NCBI RefSeq assembly: GCF_016432865.1
Contig: NC_067402.1
Coordinates: 16,306,001-16,370,000 of the forward strand
From: Antechinus flavipes
Taxonomy: Eukaryota
DNA length: 64,000 bases
Direction: 5' to 3'
Positions 1 to 10,463 of this stretch are shown in pieces (position 1 is the stretch's first letter; the number at the start of each line of letters is the position of its first letter). The position numbers and the translations under genes were made by a program. The notes below the pieces were generated by a model that ran no database searches, was not told the DNA's origin, and saw only the letters and a program-made list of their open reading frames with translations.

Positions 1-550
1 CTGGCACTTTCTCCCCACCGGCCATCTCACAGAACACTGGCCGCAAGGCGACCGGGAGGCTTGAAGGCAAAAAACCTCCCCTCGCTCTGGAGGAAATTGA
101 TCTCGGAATTGACGAACCAGTTTTAGAGCCCTCTTTGGGCCCGAGGAGGTGAGGGGGGGTCGGCAGTGAGCGATCAAAGAACTCCATGTTGTTGTTTTTT
201 AATGGAAAGCTATGGGGCAGTCAGGGGAAGGGAGGAGAGATCGTCATTAAAATAAAAAGAGGATGGCTAGGTTTAAAGCGCTTCTTCCCTCCGCCCAAAG
301 CCCTTCTCCTAGAAAGGAAAGGAGGGAGGGGGGTGGGGGTGGGGGAAGCCCAGGCTCGGAGCTTTTCGTGGCACCGGCAGCTTAGCCAAGCTGTTGTTTT
401 AAAAGAGCAATAAAAATGACTTATAGCTTAAACGCCTCCTAACTTAATGCTTTCAGACGGGGATCCCCAGCTCGGGCAAATACGTAAGAGGACTTGTATT
501 TGTGCATGTGTTCCTGCAATTGATCTCTTTGATGACATTCTCATTCATAG

Positions 551-838
551 AAAGAGTTTGATTTATGAGCAGTAGGAAGAATCCCATCCAGCCCTTTTCC
601 CAGCTCTGGCCCACACAGCCCAGCCCAGCCCAGCCCAGTCCAGCTCTGCCCAGCCCAATTCAGCCTCTCTCCGCTGGGCTCCGGCAAAGACAATCCCGCT
701 CCTTCTCCCAGATGCTGGATAGTTCTTTAAGGAGGGGGTTGGGGGGGGGTCTGAGGAGATGGAGGGGGGCACGCATTCACACACCCACAGAGCCAAGATC
801 TCATTGTAGCTGCCAAGCTATTACCGCGAAGGTCTTCG
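551..838 (+). ncRNA. HOTAIRM1: Probable internal exon of the HOTAIRM1 lncRNA orthologue
   Basis: Acceptor ttcatAG at 549-550, then AAAGAGTTTGATTTATGAGCAGTAGGAAGAATCCCATCCAG, which resembles the start of human HOTAIRM1 exon 2 as I recall it. Candidate donor G|GTTAGT at 838/839. Position 3' of HOXA2 and antisense to the Hox genes fits. The exon end is inferred. Confidence 0.55.
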
Positions 839-1335
839 GTTAGTAAATCAGACCAGCCCACTCACACATGTTGCTTGCACTCTGTTTTCTCACGGTAAAT
901 AACACAATTCACAGAAAGGGGGGAGAAAAAAGAGGGAAGAAATTAAGAGGAGGGAAAAAAAACAGAACAACCCAATAGCACAGCCCTACATCATATTTTA
1001 TTGATGTTCATTTAAAGTGCATTTTATATATTTTATAGATTTTTTTTTTTTGCTCTGACTTGGGAATCTTCCATATTTTAGAAGATGTTGAGCTGACCCA
1101 CACTCCATTTTAGATTTCAATTTGCTAACCTGACTTCAAAGCTTTAATGAACCCTTATCTGCCATGTAAACAGGTTTAAGAATGAAATATTGATTTTTTT
1201 TTTTATTTCCTACCCTGAAAAAAAAAAATTTCCTGGAAGGACTGACCTGGTCCAGTTGAATGAAAAATCCCTCTGAAATACATCCTACAGCCTGTAACCA
1301 TTATTTTGTTTTGTTTTTCTTTCTCTATTTTTTAG

Positions 1336-1845
1336 GTCTGTTTGCCTGGGACCTCTCAGCAGCTGGGAGACTAATCAAACTCCTTTGGCTGGGTTTGATG
1401 GGACTTTTGTTGCTGTCATCATTGGAATGTAGATGTTTGAAACAAAGGTGTAGAAATAAACGAATTGTTTGTGATTTAGCTATGGATCTAGAGACACATG
1501 GAGCTTTCTTTTTGTCTTTGTCTTTAAAGGAACTCCACATTCATCACATAAAGGGGGAATATTTCATAGGCACTTTAAGTCTCCGCTCTCAAAAACTCCA
1601 ACTTTCCCTGACAGAAAGGCTACACGTTTCTCTTTCTTTTATGGGGTCACATCTATGGCTTGTACCTACTATATAGTCTGATAACAAAATCTAGTCCTCT
1701 TTTAAAAGGGGGGAAAATGCTTCTCAGAAGCTCTGCCCACCCTCTCGCTTTCCTTCCGTTGGCACCTAACGTTTAAAATCAAACTGAATGTTCCCCCCTC
1801 ATAAATATATTCAAATGGAAATAAAAGAAGAGAGATTGTGAGCAG
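1336..1845 (+). ncRNA. HOTAIRM1: Probable last exon of the HOTAIRM1 lncRNA orthologue
   Basis: Long pyrimidine tract and AG at 1334-1335. It is followed by GTCTGTTTGCCTG...CAGCTGGGAGACTAATCAA and TGTTTGAAACAAAGGTGTA...GAATTGTT, resembling the recalled human last exon. AATAAA at 1465-1470 and 1820-1825. The 3' end is approximate. Confidence 0.6.
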
Positions 1846-1848
1846 AAT

Positions 1849-1854
1849 TTTATT
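1849..1854 (-). terminator. Candidate HOXA2 polyadenylation signal (AATAAA); a second lies at 1944-1949
   Basis: TTTATT on the plus strand about 460 nt past the HOXA2 stop codon. Confidence 0.5.
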
Positions 1855-2314
1855 TACCAAGTTAGACTAAAAGGAGGGAAAGGAAGCGTTATGAATCTTG
1901 GTGGGGGAAGGGGGATAAGAAAATTACTTGTAGCAAAGGAGAATTTATTCTACCAAAAATACTTATGACAATGCATTCTAATGTAATACAAAAATAAAAA
2001 GAAAGTGACGATACAATTAGACGGTCACTTTCTTACAGGCCTCATATATTGCTTTCAAGGAATCACCTAGAGGGTATTTGGGTTAAATCCAAAACAACTA
2101 TAACTTCATTATAACCTGCAAAGATGGCTCTGGAACTCGATCAGGGGAGTTACTAAACCAAAAATCCCTGACCAGTTGGGGAGCGGGGGAGGAGGGAGAA
2201 AAGGGCAGGAGAGAGGGAACTTTTTTTGTTGAAATCAACTCCGGGGAAAAGAGAAGGCAACCCCCCAAAGGGATTTTTGTTTTGCTTTTTTTTTTGTTTT
2301 GTTTTTTAATGTGT

Positions 2315-3033
2315 TTAGTAATTCAGATGCTGCAAGTCAATTGTAGTGAGTGTGTCTGTGAAAAAGTCAAAGCTGTCAGCTGAGATATCTACAGGACTGT
2401 CGAGAGAGCCTGGTAAACTGGGCGATACGGCCTCTGAAAGCTGGAGGCAGGAATCTGTGGAGAATACGGTGAAGTCTTGTAAAGAGGGGACATCCAAGGC
2501 CTCTGGGCTGTCATTGTTCAGGCCCATTGTTGACAAGCAGTTCTGAACAGTGGGTGACTGGTGCTGAAAATGTTTCAGATTTTTCTCATTGCTGGTTAAA
2601 GGCGAAACTGGGAAACTTTGGGAGTCGCCATTGTGCACGTTGGGCGCCTGCTGCTGGGACAGGGCGTTTTGCTGAAAAGTGTACCCTTCCCTCTCCAGAA
2701 GGGCCCCTGAGACGTTGAGCGCTTGCTCAAAGAGCGATTTCTCCTCTTCTTCCTCGGCTTTCTCGGGGTCCTCCAGGTTCTTGTATTTCCCCTCGCTGTT
2801 TTGGTTCTCTTTGCACTGGGTCTGCCTCTTGTGTTTCATCCTCCGGTTCTGGAACCAGACTTTTACTTGTCTCTCAGTCAAATCCAGCAGGGCTGCGATC
2901 TCCACCCTCCGAGGTCTACAGAGATACTTGTTGAAATGAAATTCTTTTTCCAGCTCCAAGAGCTGGGTGTTGGTGTAAGCCGTTCTCAGGCGTCTGGAGC
3001 CCCCGCTGCTGTTATCTGCGATTTCCAGGGATT
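2315..3033 (-). CDS. HOXA2: Homeobox A2, coding exon 2 (homeodomain and C-terminus)
   Basis: Acceptor ctgcAG|AA at 3034/3033. Encodes [66 protein letters not shown] (PG2 homeodomain) through TIDLQHLNY, stop TAA at 2315-2317. Confidence 0.98.
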
Positions 3034-3306
3034 CTGCAGAAAGGGAAACCGACAAGAGACACACGCACAGTTGGAGGTGGAGGGTCCAAGCGGGGGTTAT
3101 TCCACTGGAGAATAAATATAGCATAAAGTATCACTGCAACAAAATGGCCGCCCTCGTATGCAGTAAAATCCATTGTGCTGCCCTCCTTGAGCGCCCAGCC
3201 CCGCGAAACCCCTTCTTTGCCACCTCAATAAAATGATTGCCTCCGAGTCCCCAACCTCTCTATCCGGGAACAAACTTTATATTAGCCATACTGCAATTTA
3301 TAATTA

Positions 3307-3360
3307 ATGCATCAGCTGCTTAGCTGAGCAAGAACCATCTATCACTCTTCATTACTGTCA
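3307..3360 (-). promoter_or_regulatory. HOXA2 intronic Pbx/Hox-Prep/Meis module (rhombomere-4 enhancer type)
   Basis: Minus-strand TGATGCAT (3307-3314), TGATAGAT (3337-3344) and TGACAG (3355-3360) within 55 bp. This matches the known architecture of the Hoxa2 intronic r4 enhancer. Confidence 0.7.
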
Positions 3361-3696
3361 AATACCCAAACTCTAGGACAGCAAGACAAGAGGAGGTCAG
3401 TTCCAACTCAAATAAATCATCCCATATTAAACAAGTTAGGGAAAGTTTTTTTTTTTTCTTTGCTTTTTTCTTTTTTTTAAATAGCATCGTGGAAGCCATC
3501 AGCGCCTTCTCTTTTCCACAGTTCCAGAACCCGTAGTGGAGAGATCTGAGGCAACCAGGCAACCCCCTCGCCTTTTCCCCATCTTTCTCCCTCCCCCTCC
3601 CCAAAAATATAGCCCCGGAGTGGCAAGAAGGGGGAAAGCCGGGATCCAGGAGCTGAGTGGGGTGTGGGTGTGTGGGGGGGAAGTCTTTGAACTGAC

Positions 3697-4093
3697 CTTT
3701 GTGGTTCAGGCAGGCATGTCCAGTGGCGGAGGCGGAGGCCGAGGAGGCGGGAGGCAGCGCGGATTTCTTGGAAGCTTTTTTCTCTTTCATCCAGGGGTAC
3801 TCCGGGGGCTGCAGGGCGCCGGCGGGCACCGGGCTGCCGCCGCCGCCGCCGCTGCCATCAGGGCTCGATTTGGGGCGGCCGCCGCCGCTGCCGTGGCGAG
3901 GGTGGCTGCCCGGGTTCAGGCTGGGGATGGTCTGCTCAAAAGGAGGAGGAATCAGTGTCGACTGTGAAAGCGACGAGCTCTTGATTGATGAACTTTGAAA
4001 TGTATCACCGACAGGGGGAAAAGATGTCAGGCACTCAGCGAGCGACGGCTGACTATTGATAAAGCCAGTCTCTCGCTCAAATTCGTAATTCAT
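3697..4093 (-). CDS. HOXA2: Homeobox A2, coding exon 1
   Basis: [26 protein letters not shown]...EYPWMKEKK. Donor AAAG|GTCAGT at 3697/3696. Exons of 397+719 nt give 371 aa. Confidence 0.98.
3982..3989 (+). promoter_or_regulatory. Pbx/Hox site TGATTGAT embedded in HOXA2 exon 1
   Basis: Exact TGATTGAT within the SSIKS codons. A Hox-Pbx element in Hoxa2 exon 1 coding sequence is established in mouse. Confidence 0.6.
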
Positions 4094-4580
4094 GGCCTTC
4101 TCCTCGGAGCCCCCTCGGAGAAAAAGTTCCCTCTTCTGGAGGGGCTTAGGGGGGGCGGGGGGAAGGCCCAGGCGAAAGGAGAGAGAAGAAAAAAAAATCT
4201 CTCATAGNNNNNNNNNNNNNNNNNNNNNNNNNNNNNNNNNNNNNNNNNNNNNNNNNNNNNNNNNNNNNNNNNNNNNNNNNNNNNNNNNNNNNNNNNNNNN
4301 NNNNNNNNNNNNNNNNNNNNNNNNNNNNNNNNNNNNNNNNNNNNNNNNNNNNNNNNNNNNNNNNNNNNNNNNNNNNNNNNNNNNNNNNNNNNNNNNNNNN
4401 NNNNNNNNNNNNNNNNNNNNNNNNNNNNNNNNNNNNNNNNNNNTTACACTTTTTTAAAGGCAAAAAATACATCTTGGTGGGTGTGGGTGTGGAAGGCTAG
4501 GGTGGGAGTGCGAGAGTAAGGGGGCCGCCGGCCTCCGAAGCGAGCGAGATCTGTGTGTGCTCTCGCGTGCGCGCGCGTGG

Positions 4581-4581
<1 letters not shown>

Positions 4582-4635
<54 letters not shown>
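4582..4635. repeat. (TG)27 microsatellite preceded by a CG-rich alternating tract
   Basis: Read directly from the sequence. Confidence 0.95.
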
Positions 4636-4637
<2 letters not shown>

Positions 4638-5156
4638 TCCGGGATGCTGATCTAGCCGACTGCTGCCCTCCCTTCTCCTCCCGCACACTCCTAGCATTGT
4701 TTGGGACTGTCAGGAAGACGCTTCGCACCTCACAAATCAATCTGACGCCTGCAGTCATTAACAAAGTAATCCATTAATCTTCAAAGTTTTGACACCGGAG
4801 GGCCCCCGCATCTTAGCCACATAAGTTCTTCTCTGAGAGGGGGGCAAAGACAGANNNNNNNNNNNNNNNNNNNNNNNNNNNNNNNNNNNNNNNNNNNNNN
4901 NNNNNNNNNNNNNNNNNNNNNNNNNNNNNNNNNNNNNNNNNNNNNNNNNNNNNNNNNNNNNNNNNNNNNNNNNNNNNNNNNNNNNNNNNNNNNNNNNNAA
5001 ACTAGTTCCAANNNNNNNNNNNNNNNNNNNNNNNNNNNNNNNNNNNNNNNNNNNNNNNNNNNNNNNNNNNNNNNNNNNNNNNNNNNNNNNNNNNNNNNNN
5101 NNNNNNNNNNNNNNNNNNNNNNNNNNNNNNNNNNNNNNNNNNNNNNNNNNNNNNNN

Positions 5157-5385
5157 TTTCTTTTTCTCCTTCTCTCCTTTCCTTCCCTCTTCCTCTTTAA
5201 ATTTTCCTTTCTCTCTTTTCCCCCTTTCTCCTTCCTTTACCTCTCTCTCTACCCCTCCTTCCCTCCGTCTCTCTTTCTCCCTTCCTCTTTTCCTTCCCTC
5301 TTCCTCTCTCACTTCCCCACCCTCTCTGCTCCTCTTTCTTTCTCGATCGCTCTCTTTCTCCGCTACCCCCTCCCCCTTCTTCCCC
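5157..5385. repeat. Polypyrimidine/polypurine low-complexity tract
   Basis: About 230 bp of almost only C/T on the plus strand. Confidence 0.85.
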
Positions 5386-6539
5386 GGTGTACAGTGCAGT
5401 GCACAATTGGCCTGCGTCCGCTCAGCCCATTGTTCGCCGGACTTTCCGCAGCAGCCTCGCATCTGGCTCCTGGGGGAAGCGGAAAATAGAAGGCAGCTTT
5501 TGTGTGCTCCAAGACTTTCCCTTGCAGTCAACTTCCCCGGAACGGACCGTGACAGATAAATGCATATGCCAGTAGGGACCCAGATCCATGTATACAAAAC
5601 CTATGTAGAGGGAGCCATATAGCCAGAGGCATGTAATAATGTAGAATATAGCATGCTCCGGGCTGCTGACTTCTTGTGTTTAATACCCGTAGTACACAGG
5701 GGTCCGGTGAGTATATCCGATTTCCTGGAAGTCAGCGCCAAAGAGAAGGAAGTCGCTTTTTCTTACCCCCTTTATTCTTCCTTTTTTTTTTTTTTTGTTT
5801 TGTTTTGTTTTGTTATTGTTTAACTATTTCTTTGGGGTTTGGATTTCTTGAAGTGAAATTCGTCGCACCTGGAAAACAGGCTTCTTTCCCAACATCAATC
5901 ACCTGGAGTCTTCTTTTTCTTGGGGCCGTCTCAACAGCTCCAGGGCTGGGAATTGCAATTCGGACCCTTGTTCTGTTCGGTGAAATCGAAACCAGAGTTT
6001 AAAAGACCAGGGGGAAGGGGGGGGGGGGCGAAGAAAAGCACCCAGGGACTTTTGTGCTAGGAGAGTCCCGAAATTGAAGGTCTCTCAGGTCCAATTCATT
6101 TTCCTTCTAAAAAAAGAAACATTAATTTTGAGCTACCAAATCTCTTCGATAAAAGTCATCGAGGCAAAAAAAAAAAAAAAAAAGAAAGAAAGAAAGAAAG
6201 AAAAGACATTTTTAAAAGGAAGAGAGCAGTATTTGGAAAAAGAAACCCGCCCCCCTAAAAAATACCTTGGTGATGATGGTGATGGCGGTACGCTTTTGCT
6301 TCCTTTGACAAAGGCCAAACAAATCTTCCCCAAACTAGCCCAGTATCCACACAGCTAGAAAAATAAGTTACTCTAAAAAACGTTAGGGAGAGAAAAAAAA
6401 ATCCACGGTTACAAACCAGAAATTCCCACTCCAGAAGACAGAGGAAGGGAGAAATGTTCTATTCTGGGCGTTTAAAGCAATTCGGGTTAAAATTAAATAC
6501 AGTGTGGGACTGGTCATTTACTAGCTAAAAGCAGCGCCT

Positions 6540-6990
6540 TATGGATAGAGATGCTTTCCCGGGGAAAAAAAAATGTAGGTTTTTAATTTTCTTGCTTTTA
6601 TTCCACACAAAGCTCTGAAGGAAGTCTGGGTGCGATCAATCTTATTCGCCAAAAGGTCTGACAGCTCCTGGCCCTTGACAACACATTGGGAGCTTCTTGC
6701 TCTTTCCAAGACCAAATGTTGCCGAGAAATGAGGGAAGAGCAAGAAACGCAAGTAAACAGGGACCAATGTTTCTTTTTAGATATTTTCGTGGCAGAAAGG
6801 GTTAGGGGGATGGTTTGGGGCGCCGAGCTTTTCAGGGGTACGGGTTGGCGGCCGCTGTCTTTGGCTTTTGCTTGGAAATCTTGGGGCTGGGGTGGGAGCT
6901 GAAGCAAGAAAGCAGGAAGCATCCGCCTGCACATTTCTGCAGGCTTTGTGAGTTGAGCTGAGTGGGCGCTGAATTCTGCTAGTCCTTTCT
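6540..6990. promoter_or_regulatory. Candidate HOXA2 r3/r5 (Krox20/EGR2) and neural-crest enhancer region
   Basis: EGR-type GAGTGGGCG at 6960-6968 next to a Sox/BoxA-like GGCTTTGTG at 6942-6950, about 2.9 kb 5' of the HOXA2 ATG. The position fits the mouse enhancer. Boundaries are a guess. Confidence 0.4.
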
Positions 6991-9396
6991 GGGGCTTCTA
7001 ATTCGAATACCATCTGGAAGAAACTCTTTTTCTCTGGCCACTCAACAGCAAGATGTCTGAAAATCTATTACTTTAACTAGAATGTGTTTCAATAAGGATT
7101 TTACCAAAAACATATTTAGGAAATTAGAGGAGATAGAATGGATTTTTCCCTTGAAAGTCAAAATTAATATTTTGGCTAGCAAGATCCAGAAAATCATTTT
7201 AGAATTTTATTTTTAAAATCTCTGCCCTCGGGGAAGGAGGTAGCTATCAATCTAGTTCATTCTCCCTTAAAAGCTTCTTTTTTTTTTTTTTTTTTTTAAA
7301 CGGATTCAAAGGATAGAAGGAATTTACTCTAGCCTCCTTTTCTCTATTTCCTCCCACCCAACTTACAGGATTTATTTGTCTCAAAATGGTTAATTTTTTT
7401 CTCCCACCTTTTTCAGTCCAAAGACATAGAGACTATATTCCTTACAAAGCCTAAATTTTAGCTTTGTGTATTTATCAACTGCGCCATTTTCCCATAGAGG
7501 AATGAGAGAAATGGAGAGAAAATGACAGCAAGGGATTTCTTTTTAACCAAACCTCCCTCAAATTGTCTCTTAGTCGATGGCCCTGGCAAAGAGAAGATAG
7601 AGAAATCTCTAGATGGAGATGAAAACATATAAATAGCTTCTGTTCGCAGGAAGCATCTCCTCCCGGCCGCTACCCGCTCCCCTTTTCCGTTCTTCTTTTA
7701 AAAGGAAAAAAAAATTAAAATGTTATATTTCTTAACCCGACTAAGAGCAAATCACACATCCCATAGATGTGTCTACACATCTTTACAGGATATTTCAAAA
7801 GGTCATTCGAGGAAAGTTTTCAGAGGAAGATAAAGAACATGATTAAAGATATTTTTGAGTGAACAAAATGGCGACATTTTTTTTCCCTGTGCTTTGAGAG
7901 ATGCAGCAGAGAGAGGGAGAAGCTGATTTTTTTTCTCACCTAAAATACGTGCCTAGCTACAGATACAGATGTCTTTTCACTTCACGCTTTAAGCTCAGAG
8001 CTGATATAGTACTTAAATATGAATCTAAAAATCCATTGGCTTAAAAAAAAAGCCCTCGGGATGGAAATATTTCTTTTTTTAATGTGTGGGCTTTGGGTTC
8101 TCTCTCAGAGGGTAGTTCTTTCTGCAACTCCTTCAATAGCAATACAATAGTTAGTTTTTTAAAAAAAGCAAAAGAAAACCCTTGGAAATATTGGATTTTT
8201 ATTGGAAAGATAAACTACTTTCTCTGTCTCTGCTCTTTAAGTGTCTGATTCTGTCTCTACTTCTGTCTGTCTCTAAGTCTGTCTCTGTCTCTCTTTAAAA
8301 AAAAAAAAAAAAAAACACAAGGAAGAAGAAGGGGGAGACCAGGTTCAGAAAATGGGAGAAAATATACCAAATCCTGGGAAGAAGGTTCATGCTTGAAAGC
8401 TGCCACTGACTGTCAACCAGTCCAGGGAAGGAGAAGGCTTGGCTAGCGGCTGCTACCTACTTTCCCTTCACGTTCAGCCCCCTTTGTGAGCCTGAACTAC
8501 CGTAGTTACCGAAAAACCGCCTCAAACCTCATAGGCGATTTATGATGGACTGTCTCTTCCAGGAGTGATTAACGACATGGGAAGCCATAAACGACTGTAT
8601 TTCGAATTTGCCCCTTGGAAACGGCGTCCCGCCGCCCCTGATTTGTATGCCTGGCTCCGTTGGCCTTTATTTAAGGCAGCCCCCGCACAATGTAACAGCC
8701 TTTAGCTTCTCTCTTCTCACCCTGGAAGGGAAAGTGTGGGAGTAGATAAAGGTCCCCAGGGCAGGAGAGAGGAGCGTTCTTCTCTCTTGGGGTGTCTTGA
8801 AGGAGGGAGACGTAGAGGAAGGAGAAGGCGAGAAATACACAGAGAGAAAGGGGAAAGAGAAAGGCTCTCCAGAGAAGATGGCGATCGCCTTCCTTCCTCT
8901 TCGAGCAAGGAGTGGTGAATCTCCATCCCCGCCCCCATTGCCCCCCCACCCCTGACTCCCGCAGCTTCTCGGGCCCAGCACCAACACCTGTGTTCGCGGC
9001 GCTTTGTTCCCGGCTTGCGAGCTCCAGGGTAACTCTGGCTCGGGCCCGGGCCCCGGCAGCTCGGAGGCGCAGCCCCAAAGCCGGCCCAGCTAGAGTTTGT
9101 CGGATCCCGAGCTCTCACCGAGGGCGCCCCGCGCCCCCACCTAAACCCACACCCCCCTCTAGCAGCACTCCAAGGCCAACCCTAGGCCAAGGCTGGTTCC
9201 TACAGCCCCGCTCCGGAGGGGGGCCGAAGGAGGTTGGGGAGGGGGGTGCCCGGAAGGATGCGGAGATTGGGGAAGCGGTGGGAGTGGGGGGATGCCTCTG
9301 GCTACCTGTGCCTCGCCTCCCTTCTCCAGCGCGTAAGCCGTCCCCAATATCGGCCAAAGAACACGTTCTGAAAACCGAATTAGTCAGAATAAAAAC

Positions 9397-9402
9397 TTTA
9401 TT
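9397..9402 (-). terminator. Candidate HOXA3 polyadenylation signal
   Basis: TTTATT on the plus strand about 1.06 kb past the HOXA3 stop. Confidence 0.5.
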
Positions 9403-9913
9403 TTTTTCCTGTTTTTTTTTTGTTTTTTCAGAACGTGAGCAGCAAGGAATGTAGACCTCTCGAAACAAATCTGGGATTTTTTTTTCACGTTTACAGATTG
9501 TTGGGGGGAGGAAAAGGGGGTTTCCGTTTAGCCCGATGTTCCAAGCATAAACTATTGTTGACAAAAAGAAAAAGAAAGAAAAAAGGGAAAACGTGGCTTC
9601 TCTCTGGTTTTGTTACAATCGTTACCATCTTGGTGAGGGAATTCTTTCCCTTTCGAACCAAACTGTGGTAGGACGCCGATCTGCTACTGAACAAAAGGTC
9701 AGAGGACAGCTCCTGAACAATCAGGGTATAGATTGGGAGGGGGGGGGGGAGCAGGGGAGATTTTTTTTTTAATATAAATATGAACGGATGGGGATAAATA
9801 ATATTTAAACACTTAGATTATTCAATGTTTGCAAAAAAAATATAAATAAATCTGACTGTTCACCAGCATACACACATCGAGAGACGGACACAGATTCATT
9901 ATTGTCCAGGGAG

Positions 9914-10096
9914 ACCCTGTTTCAAAGCTCCCTTTGATATCCTTTCTCGCTCTTTAAAAGAAGTGCAATAAAAAACAACTAAAAATAATAATTAATAATA
10001 ATAAAACACAACTTAATCGCTTCCTCTCGGGAGCCATAATGTACGAACAAATTCACATTGAAGAATTCGGCTAGAAAATTTGTTCATATACCCTGT
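9914..10096 (-). other. Two miR-10-family seed matches in the HOXA3 3' UTR
   Basis: 8mer ACAGGGTA (plus TACCCTGT, 10089-10096) and 7mer-m8 ACAGGGT (9914-9920). The miR-10 seed is ACCCUGU. Confidence 0.75.
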
Positions 10097-10463
10097 TTCT
10101 GATAAAAGAGTAAAGAAGGTGAAGGAAGGGAGCCCCCTCCTCTCGCCCCCACCCTACCCCAGCCAAGGAGAGCCAGAGGACTCGAGTTGGGGGCAGATAA
10201 ATATCACCATGGAAACTCTAGAGCCATTCAAGCAACGAATATTGCTACGTCATATAAACTATAAAAAGGCTTTACCCAAGAAAACAAAAGAGGGGATGGG
10301 GGAGGGGAGAGAGGAGAGAGGAGAAAAAGAGACAAGGAAGGAAGGACCATTTTAAAAAAAAAAAAGGAAGGAAGGAAGAAAGAAAGGGGGAAAAAAAAAA
10401 CCACAACAGAACTAAAAAAGAAAGAAGTGGGTTGACTTTGTGTCCACTCAACCCCGAGGTCCA

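Noticed and set aside
1260-1676. 138-aa hydrophobic ORF overlapping the putative HOTAIRM1 last exon
   Set aside because: It starts in the intronic T-rich pyrimidine tract, which explains the hydrophobicity, and it crosses the acceptor.
3320-3696. ORF-track extensions of Hox exons into introns or flanks (e.g. 3320..4093, 12730..13416, 48034..49146, 52545..53360, 62909..63613, 33082..33573)
   Set aside because: Homology stops at canonical GT/AG sites. The extra residues are intron read-through or pass through N runs.
9696-9708. DR1-like AGGTCA-g-AGGACA in the HOXA3 3' UTR
   Set aside because: It is a single motif with no supporting cluster and could easily arise by chance.
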